Part shown: positions 7,551 to 18,302 of the stretch, piece after piece
Position numbering within the stretch: the stretch's first letter is position 1
Layout: the number at the start of each line of letters is the position of its first letter
Virus record (IMG/VR): IMGVR_UViG_2799112916_000001
Location: 1 to 43,951 of that record
Origin: a virus
Reading direction: 5' to 3' (one strand)
Length of the DNA: 43,951 bases
Translations under genes and position numbers: made by a program
The notes under the pieces: generated by a model
Told to the model about the DNA's origin: nothing
What the model saw: only the letters and a program-made list of their open reading frames with translations
Database searches by the model: none

Positions 7551-10121
7551 TCACACCTTGTATTCTAAGTAGTTTGGAAGAATGCTGCATTGTTTGTTTA
7601 ATGCGGATTCTTTTCTTTTCGCATAATATCCAATTGCTAAACCGGTTTCTTCGATGTTTGGAGTGTACACGACAGTTATGATATCGTTCAAGTTTAAGCT
7701 TGTTGAATCGGTTTCAATGTTTAATAGGTTGAATTTTACTGTCTTGGTTAGGTAGTCGACTGTGAAATCAACGTCTTCAACTAATTCTTTTTCATTGTCA
7801 CCATCTTTGTTGAGGTAGATGTGACGTATTGGATCAACAGCTGATGCTCTTAGAACTATGTATTTGTCTTCAAGTATGTCTTGTGTTACTTGGATTGTTT
7901 CTTCGAAGTAGTCGAGGATTACAGGCATTTCTTCGTTGGTTAATCCTTGTATGAATACTGGATTATAGCTTACACTTAATTTACCTGGCACCATGTTATC
8001 GAGGACTGTTTCATCAAAGATTATTAAGTCATTGTCGTAATCAACTTTGTAGTCATACCATTCTCCATAAGATTGATAGTATCCTTCTCCGTTTGGTACG
8101 AGTTGGCATTCAAGTATTGGATAGGCAGGTATGTTGCTGAATTGGAATCCTGCTATGATTTGATTTTCATCTTCATCTAATCCTCCATCAAAACTGAGAT
8201 ATTCCATTGTGGTTTCATCAGTATAGAGGTATGGTTTGACATAGACATTGGATTTCTTGAATGTTTCAAGGATATCTGGGTTATCAACGAGATATGTGCA
8301 TCTGGCGTCATCATCGGTTTTGTTTGCAAAGTTGGTTTGATGTGTTTCACTTAACAAGTAGGTGAAGTCTGATACTCCAGAGACATTAATGACTTCAAAG
8401 TGTTCCTTGACAACTTTGTCCTGTATGATTTCGGCGCTGCAATCTATCTCCGTTGATTCAACTGTGAATGGTGCATTGGCTTTTCCCCAAACTGCAGCAC
8501 CTAGCATTGGAGTGATTTTAGGATTGTAAACTTTTGTCCTTACATACATGCTTGTTGGTAGTGTGCAGTAAACTTTAATGTTGACTTCCTGTATAGATGG
8601 AGTTAAAGCGTTATTTGTGGATGTTTGCCACATCTTTGCCCTTACAAACAATATTGTTGGTTTGCCGGTTATGGCTGCTCTTTCAGTACCAATGGTATGC
8701 CAGTCTTCAGGTTTATTCCTGTTACCTGTTGTGGAGTATTCAAATTCTAGGAATTTACCTTCGGCATGGTCGGTGTCATCCCATCCACTACATCTTGCAC
8801 TAATGTCAATTCCAGTTATTGGATTTGTGAAAATAGGTTTGAAATATAAGTAATTATAATCCTCTTCTTCACTATCGAATGGAACATACTCTTCACTATG
8901 AGCTACGATTTTACATTCAAAAGCAAAGTCTTGTGGAGTGTATTTACCGAGTTTATATTCAATTTTATCAGGGTCATTTTTACCATAACGGGTGAATGAT
9001 CTACCGTTATTCTCTGATAGGAATGCGTCACCGTTGTTGTATCTGTGACTGCAGTTACGACCCCAACCACCAATACGTGGCGCTTGCTCCCAATGAGCCA
9101 ATGGACATAAGATTACAATTGCATAATGTTCATTTGCGGTTACGTTACATGGATTGTCAAAGACGAAACTATGGAATCCAGGAGTTGCATATTTAGGGTC
9201 GAATTTAGCTTCTGCCAATGGATGGTAAATACTTGCGGAACCTGAACTGTTGACTTTTGTTGCAGGATAATAGATTGTTTCAGTTCTGCGGACATATGCT
9301 CCATTTTTGTTTTTAACATATTTTCCTTTGTTTTTACCAGAAGTGATTTTCTTATATCTTTGTTTTGTAGTACCGGCAGGTGCAGCATCATAAACATATT
9401 CAGATGATTTTGTTTTCTTGTTCCATGTGGTTACTGCAACTTCTTTAGCTACTGTAGGCCATATTTGAACATATAATGGACTTCCCCATCCTACCCATTT
9501 GCTGCCGTTGGTTTCCAGTTTTAATGAAACTGATTCCAACACACCGGAGGATAATGCTTTGAAAGTTTGAGCTCTTACAATAGATGGAATATTATTGGCT
9601 TTTTCGTTTTTCATCCATTCCGGATATAAGACATATGGTTTTGTTTTATTGTATCCCACATACCAGAATGTGTTTACATTTCCGTTGGCGGACATGTTTT
9701 TAGTGTTGAAATCTTCAGTTACCAGTTCATGTTTTGGTAGAACTGCACGTTTATGTATACTAACTATTCCATTGCTGACGGTGGAGTAGGATTCAATAAC
9801 ACAATCGCTTATGCTCATATCAAGTAATGATTCATCTGTAAAATCAATTGGGATCATCAGTTCAGTATCGCTGTTAAAGTTAACTGTCCCATCCAAACCA
9901 TTGATTTGATGCCCATAACTTTTCTCATCATCAACAAGTATTGGATTGAATCTTTTGCGGACATATGGGTTTATACGATAGTCCAGTCTTTCAACTTCCT
10001 GTTTCAAGTATTCATCATTTTCGCAGTTCTGGTCAGCCCATTGTGTAACGGCATATTTTTGCTCACCAGAGGAAGCGATTTTATTTAAGTTTTTATATAC
10101 TGGTTTACAGTTTTCTGACAT
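7551..10121 (-). CDS. Large baseplate/tail-fibre structural protein (856 aa)
   Basis: Long beta-rich ORF in the tail module, with a Lys-rich insert. Family not recognised. Confidence 0.5.
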   Translation of the reverse strand: MSENCKPVYKNLNKIASSGEQKYAVTQWADQNCENDEYLKQEVERLDYRINPYVRKRFNPILVDDEKSYGHQINGLDGTVNFNSDTELMIPIDFTDESLLDMSISDCVIESYSTVSNGIVSIHKRAVLPKHELVTEDFNTKNMSANGNVNTFWYVGYNKTKPYVLYPEWMKNEKANNIPSIVRAQTFKALSSGVLESVSLKLETNGSKWVGWGSPLYVQIWPTVAKEVAVTTWNKKTKSSEYVYDAAPAGTTKQRYKKITSGKNKGKYVKNKNGAYVRRTETIYYPATKVNSSGSASIYHPLAEAKFDPKYATPGFHSFVFDNPCNVTANEHYAIVILCPLAHWEQAPRIGGWGRNCSHRYNNGDAFLSENNGRSFTRYGKNDPDKIEYKLGKYTPQDFAFECKIVAHSEEYVPFDSEEEDYNYLYFKPIFTNPITGIDISARCSGWDDTDHAEGKFLEFEYSTTGNRNKPEDWHTIGTERAAITGKPTILFVRAKMWQTSTNNALTPSIQEVNIKVYCTLPTSMYVRTKVYNPKITPMLGAAVWGKANAPFTVESTEIDCSAEIIQDKVVKEHFEVINVSGVSDFTYLLSETHQTNFANKTDDDARCTYLVDNPDILETFKKSNVYVKPYLYTDETTMEYLSFDGGLDEDENQIIAGFQFSNIPAYPILECQLVPNGEGYYQSYGEWYDYKVDYDNDLIIFDETVLDNMVPGKLSVSYNPVFIQGLTNEEMPVILDYFEETIQVTQDILEDKYIVLRASAVDPIRHIYLNKDGDNEKELVEDVDFTVDYLTKTVKFNLLNIETDSTSLNLNDIITVVYTPNIEETGLAIGYYAKRKESALNKQCSILPNYLEYKV

Positions 10122-10123
10122 GT

Positions 10124-10825
10124 TTAATTCACCTGCACAACTATTTCTTCTTCGTTAATGTCTTTTATATGGGCAGAATCTTTAGTAGGTCTGATGTATA
10201 AGTTTTGAGACTCAAGGTCGTAGTAGTATCCGCCTTTGATTGTGTGTAAGTCTTGTAAGGTTGTTACTCTTCTGTATCCGTTTCCGGTATTGTTTTCAAA
10301 TACTCCTATTACATTATTTTTCTCGGATATGTAGAAGATGTTGTTTCCTTGTTGTGATTCCTGCCAACCACGTCTTATGGAACCGGTTGATAATTGGAAT
10401 CTGTATTCAACAGTAACTTCGCCAATGGCACCGGATAAGAATGTGTCGTCTATCTTTTCGTATCTGTCATGACTTATCATGATTTTATCATTGAATACTC
10501 CTATCTCTGATGTTCCTAGCATTTCACTTGCTTTGAATGCAGTTGTTAGGACTAATCTTTTGTTTTTCAAGTCTGCTTCGCAGTTGCATTTTCTCCTGCT
10601 GGTTTCATTGCCCAATGTCAAATCGGTTTTTTGTGGTTGGTTGCTACCATTACCGACGGCAATATATTCAATAGGGTCAAAGGCATCATTAATCCACCTA
10701 TTCAAAAAGAATGATTCTCCAAACTGGGTGATTATATTCTTGTTTGTGAATTCAATCCGTTCATTCAGGAACATTGTTTGAATGGGCATGCTGATTGTGT
10801 AAATTCCTATTATACCTAAATTCAT
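10124..10825 (-). CDS. Baseplate/tail-fibre attachment protein
   Basis: IEYIAVGNGSNQPQKTDLTLGNE...SEIGVF resembles the fibre-proximal baseplate domain of myoviruses. Confidence 0.55.
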   Translation of the reverse strand: MNLGIIGIYTISMPIQTMFLNERIEFTNKNIITQFGESFFLNRWINDAFDPIEYIAVGNGSNQPQKTDLTLGNETSRRKCNCEADLKNKRLVLTTAFKASEMLGTSEIGVFNDKIMISHDRYEKIDDTFLSGAIGEVTVEYRFQLSTGSIRRGWQESQQGNNIFYISEKNNVIGVFENNTGNGYRRVTTLQDLHTIKGGYYYDLESQNLYIRPTKDSAHIKDINEEEIVVQVN

Positions 10826-11106
10826 ATGAACACCACCTTTTTATCGTTTACAGTCATTTCCGTGAACACTCCCACATGATTGTCTGCAGGAACTGTTGTT
10901 GAATCAACATTCACATGAATAATCTTTGTCAAAGGCATGAGTTTCTGCAATCTCCTCTCCAAATTATACCCGCTTTCACGTGGAATATTTGAAGGAATTT
11001 CCAATGGATTGAAATAAATATCAAAATTGTTAGGAGTCATGAAAGGTTCATTATGGAAACATTTCTTGTTGATCTCTTCACTAAATTCATCACTCATAAA
11101 TATCAC
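10822..11106 (-). CDS. Hypothetical baseplate-region protein
   Basis: 94-aa ORF with overlapping start/stop coupling to both neighbours. Confidence 0.55.
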   Translation of the reverse strand: MIFMSDEFSEEINKKCFHNEPFMTPNNFDIYFNPLEIPSNIPRESGYNLERRLQKLMPLTKIIHVNVDSTTVPADNHVGVFTEMTVNDKKVVFI

Positions 11107-11642
11107 TCATAACCTATAGTTAAAATTAAATCAGAATCAATTGAGATACTGGAGATTTTATTATCCAATGCACCTTTAACAACCTTGTTCTGTACTGGAT
11201 TTGTACTGCTATCTGATAAGCTGGAATCAACAGTCATTTTGTTTTCAGTTGTAATTTTCCCGTTACTGTCAGTGACCACATTCTTATTGGCTTGAGCGGT
11301 TGATCCGACCTGACCATCATTCTGCAAGTTGCCATGAGTATGACTTTTAGGAGTGAATTGGGTGTTCTGATTATCGGTTAATTGTGAAACATCAGATGGA
11401 ATAGTGATGTTATCAAAGATATCAGTCTCCAAACTCTTCCAGTCATAAGTATTCCCATCTTTAATAGTATAATAAATATCTGTACTGGTAGGACTAACTT
11501 CAATGAATAACTTACCCATTGTCGATGCACTTGCCGTGCCTTTATCAGTTGTAACTTCGATAATGCCTCCAGCAGCAATTGCAGCTGCAATTTTACTTAG
11601 AATATAAGCTTCTAATTCTAGATTTTTAACAGTTTCAGTCAT
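11103..11642 (-). CDS. Tail fibre-like protein
   Basis: SHTHGNL and VDSSLSDSSTNPVQNKVVKGALDNK motifs recur in phage fibre proteins. Start set at MTETV (11642), after a GGAG RBS. Confidence 0.55.
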   Translation of the reverse strand: MTETVKNLELEAYILSKIAAAIAAGGIIEVTTDKGTASASTMGKLFIEVSPTSTDIYYTIKDGNTYDWKSLETDIFDNITIPSDVSQLTDNQNTQFTPKSHTHGNLQNDGQVGSTAQANKNVVTDSNGKITTENKMTVDSSLSDSSTNPVQNKVVKGALDNKISSISIDSDLILTIGYE

Positions 11643-11649
11643 CTTTATC

Positions 11650-14208
11650 TCAACTCCATTCAATATTTATAACTTTTTCACAACCAAGATAAGCAACACC
11701 ATCATCTACGAAACGTTCAAAGACAATACGGACAGTTCGACTGGTGTTCTTGTTTACTGGTATCGTGTAATCTGTATTATCAGCATAAGTGGCACTTGTA
11801 ACTTCACCGGTGTTTAATTCAAAAGTAATACTTTGTCCGGCTATTGGGTGTAGAACTGATGGACTTAAAACGAGATTATATGAATCTCCACTAGTCTGTG
11901 TTAAGCTGACTTGTGTGACGCTGCAGATATGCTGGATTTCAAATTCATCAACTCCACGTTCAGCATATTCATATAATTCATCCCCATATTCACTAACATG
12001 AATCAAACCATCACTTGCAACAGAGGATTCATCATCAGTAATACTGAAAACCGCACCGGTTAATTCTGCAACCGGAGCATAAGGAGAATTACGTCTTAAA
12101 TTATCCTCTCCTTCAGATGAATACTCAATGAATGTTAAGTCATCATCCAACTCCAAATTTAAGTTAGTGACAACACCGTCAAAATCAGATAACTTATTAA
12201 AGTCAGATGTAGGCACTTCTTTCCAAGATAAAACACCAGTTTCCTGGTCCAATGTCAAGTCTTTGATGAATTTGTCCACTATCAAATCTTCAATAAGAAC
12301 ATCATACTCATCAGTTTCCAATATGGCCGTAATAGTCTCATTCACACGATTTTCATTAGTGAATATTTGAGTATCAATCAACGTACTATAATTGCCTTTA
12401 ACAAAAGTAATGTCCTGCACAGTCAATTGTTTATCTTGAGAAATATAGAAAAAACGAGGATTAGTGAGATTGGTTATCTCTGCGGTTTCACAACCAATTA
12501 TTGTACAATTCTCACGGACAATGCAAGGTTCAGGTATAGTGATGCTTCCATATATTGCAATCAAGTCCAAGTTACCATTAACACTATTCAATGCTTTCTG
12601 CAATGTCTTGAATGGAGCATCAATTGCCCCAGAATTGTTATCATTACCACTATTGCAGACATAGAAATCCGCATCATCACAACCTCTTACATTAATTGTT
12701 ATTTCAACACTATCAACATCATTATTCTCACCATCTTTACAGACAAAAGTGAAAACATTAGGATTATCCTCATCCAATAAATCAGGATTACATTTCCATT
12801 GTTGATTAGCATAAATTGGATCATCCAATTCTACAGGTTCATCATTCAGGAATATTGTAACAGTATAATCATTACTGATATCTTCAGCAAGACTGTTCAA
12901 CACTTTAAAATTGAAAATAACTGGTTGTTTTTTGATTGGTCTTACTGTGCTTGCAGTTGCATAGAAGTATTCTCCAAGAACACTTTTACCATCAACCCAT
13001 TTATCTTTATGTTCCCATGGTTGTGGAGTCCAGTCATCAACAACTAATGTTTCATATTCCGCACCACTGCAAGGGTCAATTCTTGTCTCTTTGTGGTGCG
13101 GGTGTCTTAGGATATCAAACCATTTTAGGATGTATCTTTCACGATTGAGCATTACTGCATCAATACCATATAATTTCCATATTTCCAGTACTGGTGCAGG
13201 AGTGTTGTGTAATCTGACGTTATACTCCAACATTCTTTTCATGTAATGGTAATCATCTTCGGTTAGTTGGTTGTTGAATGGTGGTTCTGATGTATAGTAG
13301 TCACCAAGGGTATCGATTTGAATATAAGTTTTTCTTGGTATTCTGTTTTGTGCTCCGAAACTATCGAGACTTTCATCATGGTCGTAGTGGTCTTCTTGGA
13401 TGGTGTCGTTTTCAGGCCATCCTTTGAAGAGATGGTATTCATCATATGTTTCAACTTCGACTAAGAATCTTGATGATGTGATATATGATGCTTCGATTTC
13501 TGGTAGATATTTGGTTAAGACATCTTCTATGTCCCATAGTTCCACTTCAATGTAGAAAACATCATCCGGAGTATTGTTTTCTTCATCTTCATCAGTAACT
13601 CCCAAGTTTGTGATAGTGTTTCTGTAAGAATATTCAACAACTGTTTCATCTGCACTATCTTCATAGGAGTTAGTGTATATGACAGTATCATTTTTGTATA
13701 AAGTTACACTTTTCAGATGACTGAAACACCCATTGACATTAACATCAAAATTAAGATCATCAACATCAATACGCCAAAACAATAATTTATCCAATAAACT
13801 TTGAACTTCATCCGAAACAACAACAACATCACTATCCTCATCATCAGGATTAGTGAATAATAACTCATTACGAGTGTCATAAGAGTAATGATACTCACAA
13901 AGAGAAGTTCGATTATCGGCAAAATCTTCATTATGAACAAGGTTATCATCCTTGTAAATCTTAACAGTCTTCAAATTAGGGAAACTTGTAACAAAATTAA
14001 TCGTATAAACATAAGGCACAGTCTGTTCCTTCCAAATCATCAATCTTTTATTCAAACGGAAACTTTCCTTAACCCTAAACAAGTCATTATACAAATCTTT
14101 GAAACGATTATTAGTAACATCCTGCGATTTATAAAAATTAGATGCACTATCCTTATCAAAGAGATATGGAAACATATCCAAAAGACTTTTCACACTATTA
14201 CGAGGCAT
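11650..14208 (-). CDS. Baseplate wedge (gpI-like position) fused to an adhesin-type/pectin-lyase-like region
   Basis: Directly follows baseplate J. Contains FYVCNSGNDNNSGAIDAPFKTLQKAL, the DUF1565/beta-helix N-terminal motif common in methanogen adhesins. Confidence 0.6.
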   Translation of the reverse strand: MPRNSVKSLLDMFPYLFDKDSASNFYKSQDVTNNRFKDLYNDLFRVKESFRLNKRLMIWKEQTVPYVYTINFVTSFPNLKTVKIYKDDNLVHNEDFADNRTSLCEYHYSYDTRNELLFTNPDDEDSDVVVVSDEVQSLLDKLLFWRIDVDDLNFDVNVNGCFSHLKSVTLYKNDTVIYTNSYEDSADETVVEYSYRNTITNLGVTDEDEENNTPDDVFYIEVELWDIEDVLTKYLPEIEASYITSSRFLVEVETYDEYHLFKGWPENDTIQEDHYDHDESLDSFGAQNRIPRKTYIQIDTLGDYYTSEPPFNNQLTEDDYHYMKRMLEYNVRLHNTPAPVLEIWKLYGIDAVMLNRERYILKWFDILRHPHHKETRIDPCSGAEYETLVVDDWTPQPWEHKDKWVDGKSVLGEYFYATASTVRPIKKQPVIFNFKVLNSLAEDISNDYTVTIFLNDEPVELDDPIYANQQWKCNPDLLDEDNPNVFTFVCKDGENNDVDSVEITINVRGCDDADFYVCNSGNDNNSGAIDAPFKTLQKALNSVNGNLDLIAIYGSITIPEPCIVRENCTIIGCETAEITNLTNPRFFYISQDKQLTVQDITFVKGNYSTLIDTQIFTNENRVNETITAILETDEYDVLIEDLIVDKFIKDLTLDQETGVLSWKEVPTSDFNKLSDFDGVVTNLNLELDDDLTFIEYSSEGEDNLRRNSPYAPVAELTGAVFSITDDESSVASDGLIHVSEYGDELYEYAERGVDEFEIQHICSVTQVSLTQTSGDSYNLVLSPSVLHPIAGQSITFELNTGEVTSATYADNTDYTIPVNKNTSRTVRIVFERFVDDGVAYLGCEKVINIEWS

Positions 14209-14209
14209 C

Positions 14210-15370
14210 TTACATCATCTCAATAACAACATTATTACTAACTCCAATCTCCTCATCAAGAATACTAATATACTCAGTAGGAAGAGAGAAATTAATATCT
14301 TTCACTTCAGAAATTTGTTCATCTAAAAAAACAGCAAGCTTATGAGGAATGAAATCCTCACCAATACCTAATCCATTATACCAAACCTTTGTTTCAGATT
14401 CACTATCGTAGACATAACCACCATCAATAAAAATCAAAATAGCAGATTTAATCCTTGATTCAATCTCCTCTTTTTCAAGACTACTATATGGGTTAATCTG
14501 GTCAATATCAACATTAACTTTAATATAAATATCAATAGGTTTAGCAACTGGTGCAAACATCACAATATCTTCAGTAGCTTGAGAAACAGTTTTCTGCAAA
14601 TCATTATAAATACTATTCAATTGAGTGGATGTTCCAGGGTCAACAATTACTTTCATAGTACCTGTCTTATCCCAATTCGGAATTACCTTATAATCATCAA
14701 CTCCATCAACATTAGCAAAATAATACTCATAAGCTTCCAATGAACCTTTAATTAAAATTTTAGTCCAATTCATCAAGAAATACCTGTATTCATCATCAGT
14801 ATAAGTTTCACTTCCACCAGTACTGTTCTTATGATTAGTTACAGATAATGAATATGATGTTTGAGTTACAACTTCATTTAAACTACCTGCGGTAATTTTA
14901 CTATCCAAACCAGGAGTAACTGCTCTTGCCATAACAGTAGTGGTAACATATCCGGTTGCAATATAGATGGGTTCTATTGTTTCATACCTAACACCAGAAC
15001 TTGTTGAAACTATAACTCCTGCAGGAACATTAACATCTTCTTCCAAAATACTGGCTAATGTGAATTCACATTCCACCTCTGCACTAGTAGCTTGAGGTCG
15101 TAAAATCCCTAACTTATCCCCAAGATCATCTAAATCCTGACCCTCTGCATATTCAATCTTATCAGATTCATATACAGAAGTCATTGCAGTATAGACTTTG
15201 GAAACCATTAATGAGATTACTGATTTATCCATCACATAATAGTTGCTGATGTCCTCATGATTCTGAATGAAAGTGGGGAAGTCTTCAGCATGACTAATCA
15301 AGCCTTTTTCAAGACTGTCATTCAAAGCTTCTTCAAAGATTTCTTCATATTGCTTTTCAATATAATTCAT
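14210..15370 (-). CDS. Baseplate J-like protein
   Basis: AEGQDLDDLG...LGILRPQAT, GGSETYTDDEYR, VPAGVIVST motifs. Confidence 0.9.
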   Translation of the reverse strand: MNYIEKQYEEIFEEALNDSLEKGLISHAEDFPTFIQNHEDISNYYVMDKSVISLMVSKVYTAMTSVYESDKIEYAEGQDLDDLGDKLGILRPQATSAEVECEFTLASILEEDVNVPAGVIVSTSSGVRYETIEPIYIATGYVTTTVMARAVTPGLDSKITAGSLNEVVTQTSYSLSVTNHKNSTGGSETYTDDEYRYFLMNWTKILIKGSLEAYEYYFANVDGVDDYKVIPNWDKTGTMKVIVDPGTSTQLNSIYNDLQKTVSQATEDIVMFAPVAKPIDIYIKVNVDIDQINPYSSLEKEEIESRIKSAILIFIDGGYVYDSESETKVWYNGLGIGEDFIPHKLAVFLDEQISEVKDINFSLPTEYISILDEEIGVSNNVVIEMM

Positions 15371-15798
15371 AATATTACCTTCTGTTTTACAATTTCATCA
15401 TTAACACTAGTGATGCTAAATTCAACACTATATCCCTCTGGGATTTCAGCAAGTTTCAAATAATTGATTGTTTTAACTCTTCTCATTGTATTCAATGTCT
15501 CTGTTAGGTATGTTTCGATTTTGAATTTAGTTAATTTGTTTTGATTGTCTTTAATAAGTCCATGAACTCGACAACCAAAACCAGTATAAGTGGGATTGTC
15601 TTTTAATTCATTGTATCGTGTTAATATTGCGATTATGCAGGCATTCGCCAAAGAATTAACACCAGTAACATTAACATAATCATCATTGTCCATGTCCAAA
15701 TCATATTTACCATATTCATTACTCACAAGTTTCACGTCTTCATTCAAGGTTTTGTTATATTTGAAATCGTATCCGTTAGTGTCTATTGGCAAAGTCAT
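15367..15798 (-). CDS. Baseplate wedge/sheath initiator (gp25/gpW-like)
   Basis: Size, position before J, and GFGCRVHGLI motif. Confidence 0.7.
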   Translation of the reverse strand: MTLPIDTNGYDFKYNKTLNEDVKLVSNEYGKYDLDMDNDDYVNVTGVNSLANACIIAILTRYNELKDNPTYTGFGCRVHGLIKDNQNKLTKFKIETYLTETLNTMRRVKTINYLKLAEIPEGYSVEFSITSVNDEIVKQKVIL

Positions 15799-15820
15799 AA
15801 GTATTCTATCTCCCTTTTTT

Positions 15821-18301
15821 TTATTTTAGTAGATTTTGAACTAATTCGTATTTATCATACCCAATCATTTTATGATCTCTTCGTACTTGGCTTCCTGCCC
15901 AGACATAAACTTCCTTGAATTTCTTTTCAATTGCATCATCCATGGATTGTTTGATTAGTCTCCAGTATATCCTTGCATCTTCAGGGTATTGTACAAATCC
16001 ACCGAAGTAATGAAGGCGGTCCTCTGGGAATCCTAAATCTTGTCCGATGGTGTAAGCTTCTTTATGGTGTGGGCTTTCCCATATTACCCAGTCATAATCT
16101 TCAATCTGCAACACATCTAATTTGTTTGGGTTATATGCATCTTTCAAGTAATTGGCATCTTGCATCATTGCAGGAACACGGTCAACATCAGTAACAGATG
16201 GTGGGAAAAACAAGGCCATATACAAACCTTTACTATACCTATCCGATTTCACAACAGCCCTTAAAGAGTCACTATACTCACATAACTGTTTGTTTAACCA
16301 GAACATCATATCAGCATCATAATTAACATCCCATGATGTGGAGTATTCAGGAATGTTCTTGCCGAATTCATTATAGTATTTATTTCGTGTTGCTAGGTCA
16401 TAGAAACAAGGAGGTTGGTTTGGTCTGTCGTTTTCATTCCACCACCACCAAGCTTCACCCATCTGAAGTATTGGTTGCATGCCGTTAGCAACAACAATAT
16501 CCAAACAAGCTTCAGATACACTTTGCATATATGGAGCAACCTCACTATTGCAGGGACTGTAAAAGAATGTGGATGGAACCCAACCGGTTATTGCGTAGTT
16601 TCCGTTGCAATCCTTTTGCCTCCAACTCTGTGGACATTGTAAATTCTCCATCGATACGGATACAACAAGGTTAGGACAATCATTAGCTAATAACTCTCGA
16701 CTGTAACAATCCAACCAAGCAATGAAAGCCTTATTCAAAGGCACAGTCTTATCCAACACCATTTTCTCTGTCCTTGTATGATTGAAAGCACTTGCATCAA
16801 TCACATCATTAACAGTACCAGACTTTTCATAGAAATGGCTTGCACCAATGTATAAGTCACACCATTCAGTATAACCCAGTTTTCGCATCTCTTTACAGAC
16901 ACGATGAGGATTTAGGTTGTAGAAATCATCATAACCTTCGCAGATACGATATTTATGAGGAGCTAATGGTATATGCTCTTCACAGATAGCCCCATTAGTA
17001 ACTTCAATGTTAGTAATCTCACAGGTGAAGTCAACATTTTCCATTATATGATATGTTGTTGGATGCGCGGTGTTTGGATCATAATTTTCAGGTATCAAAA
17101 CAAGCATGATAAACTTGATGTCAGATGCATCAACTTTCTTTGTCTGGCCGTCAGGAACAGTTATTAGTTCTCCAGCAGCATTACGATATTGTCCACCAGC
17201 TCTTATGACAAGGTTATTGAATGGTATTGTAGCATGGCCGTTACTGATGAAATTGAACATGTTAAAGTAGTATGTTTCACCATTGCCTCCTGCAATGGTA
17301 ACGCTGACTGGATAGTTTTCAAGGTCATCATAACTGAAATCTTTACAGCCTTCCATCTCATAATCGAACTCTAATACAACATTCCTATAATCAGTTCTTT
17401 TACCATAGCTGATGTAGGGATGAGTAATCAAGTCTTCAGAATTCCAATATATACCAACAAGGTCTTGTTTTGTCCTGAATGTACCAGTAACTTTGAAATC
17501 TATTGTGCTTTCACTTGTGATTGCAGCGGAAGATTCGAAATTATTGTTGATAGTCCAGCAATCCCCACGGAAAAGGAAGTATTTGTTCTCATAAGACATT
17601 TGCTTATAATCTTCACTGGCCTCTAACAATTCAGTATAAATCTTCTCATCAAGATTAGTATCCTTGCCTTTTTGAGCTTCTTTTATCTTCTCATCCACTT
17701 CATCTTTAGAATAAGTTTCATCTGTAGTGTAATGCTCAATTGTCTGCATTTCATCTTCAAAATAACCCACTTCAGTTGAAGATTTCTTCGGTAATTTATA
17801 TGACAATCCATCTATACCAAACTTAATATAATAATCATTAGTTACTCCTATTGCTGCAAGTTTAGCATTTCCAGGACTGGCCGGATTAAACCCAACAACC
17901 TCATCTTTAAGGAAATATCCCAAGACAAGATTTTCCTGACTGTCATCATCATGAATTTTTAAAACAAGAACATTCTGATGAACACGTGGAACAATATACT
18001 TCTCACCTAACTTTTCATCAAACTCTACACGCTCAGCTAAAGGAGTGAAAAAATCAATTAACTCTCCACCATACCGGTGTAATATTCTGCAAAGAATTTT
18101 TTCATTAGTGTTATCTAATTTAACCTCTGCTCTGTCAATATAAGGATAAAATTTTGTGATAGTTCCGGTTCTTGTCCTGTCATTTTCAACAGCAGTTTTA
18201 ACTTTATCATTGACCTTTGGCATCATCAATTCTGTTGTTAAACTATCAACTGCCTTTTTTGCACGGCCTTCAGTTACAATTATATCTTGAGAATTAGTCA
18301 T
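15821..18301 (-). CDS. Baseplate spike (gpV/gp5 OB-fold N-terminus) fused to a glycoside-hydrolase-like TIM-barrel region
   Basis: N-terminal RTGTITKFYPYIDRAEVKL OB-like segment. C-terminal YDDFYNLNPHR...LGY...YIGASHF...WRQKDCNG...TGWVPST...QMGEAWWW. Start MTNSQ at 18301 follows the upstream stop. Confidence 0.65.
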   Translation of the reverse strand: MTNSQDIIVTEGRAKKAVDSLTTELMMPKVNDKVKTAVENDRTRTGTITKFYPYIDRAEVKLDNTNEKILCRILHRYGGELIDFFTPLAERVEFDEKLGEKYIVPRVHQNVLVLKIHDDDSQENLVLGYFLKDEVVGFNPASPGNAKLAAIGVTNDYYIKFGIDGLSYKLPKKSSTEVGYFEDEMQTIEHYTTDETYSKDEVDEKIKEAQKGKDTNLDEKIYTELLEASEDYKQMSYENKYFLFRGDCWTINNNFESSAAITSESTIDFKVTGTFRTKQDLVGIYWNSEDLITHPYISYGKRTDYRNVVLEFDYEMEGCKDFSYDDLENYPVSVTIAGGNGETYYFNMFNFISNGHATIPFNNLVIRAGGQYRNAAGELITVPDGQTKKVDASDIKFIMLVLIPENYDPNTAHPTTYHIMENVDFTCEITNIEVTNGAICEEHIPLAPHKYRICEGYDDFYNLNPHRVCKEMRKLGYTEWCDLYIGASHFYEKSGTVNDVIDASAFNHTRTEKMVLDKTVPLNKAFIAWLDCYSRELLANDCPNLVVSVSMENLQCPQSWRQKDCNGNYAITGWVPSTFFYSPCNSEVAPYMQSVSEACLDIVVANGMQPILQMGEAWWWWNENDRPNQPPCFYDLATRNKYYNEFGKNIPEYSTSWDVNYDADMMFWLNKQLCEYSDSLRAVVKSDRYSKGLYMALFFPPSVTDVDRVPAMMQDANYLKDAYNPNKLDVLQIEDYDWVIWESPHHKEAYTIGQDLGFPEDRLHYFGGFVQYPEDARIYWRLIKQSMDDAIEKKFKEVYVWAGSQVRRDHKMIGYDKYELVQNLLK

Positions 18302-18302
18302 T

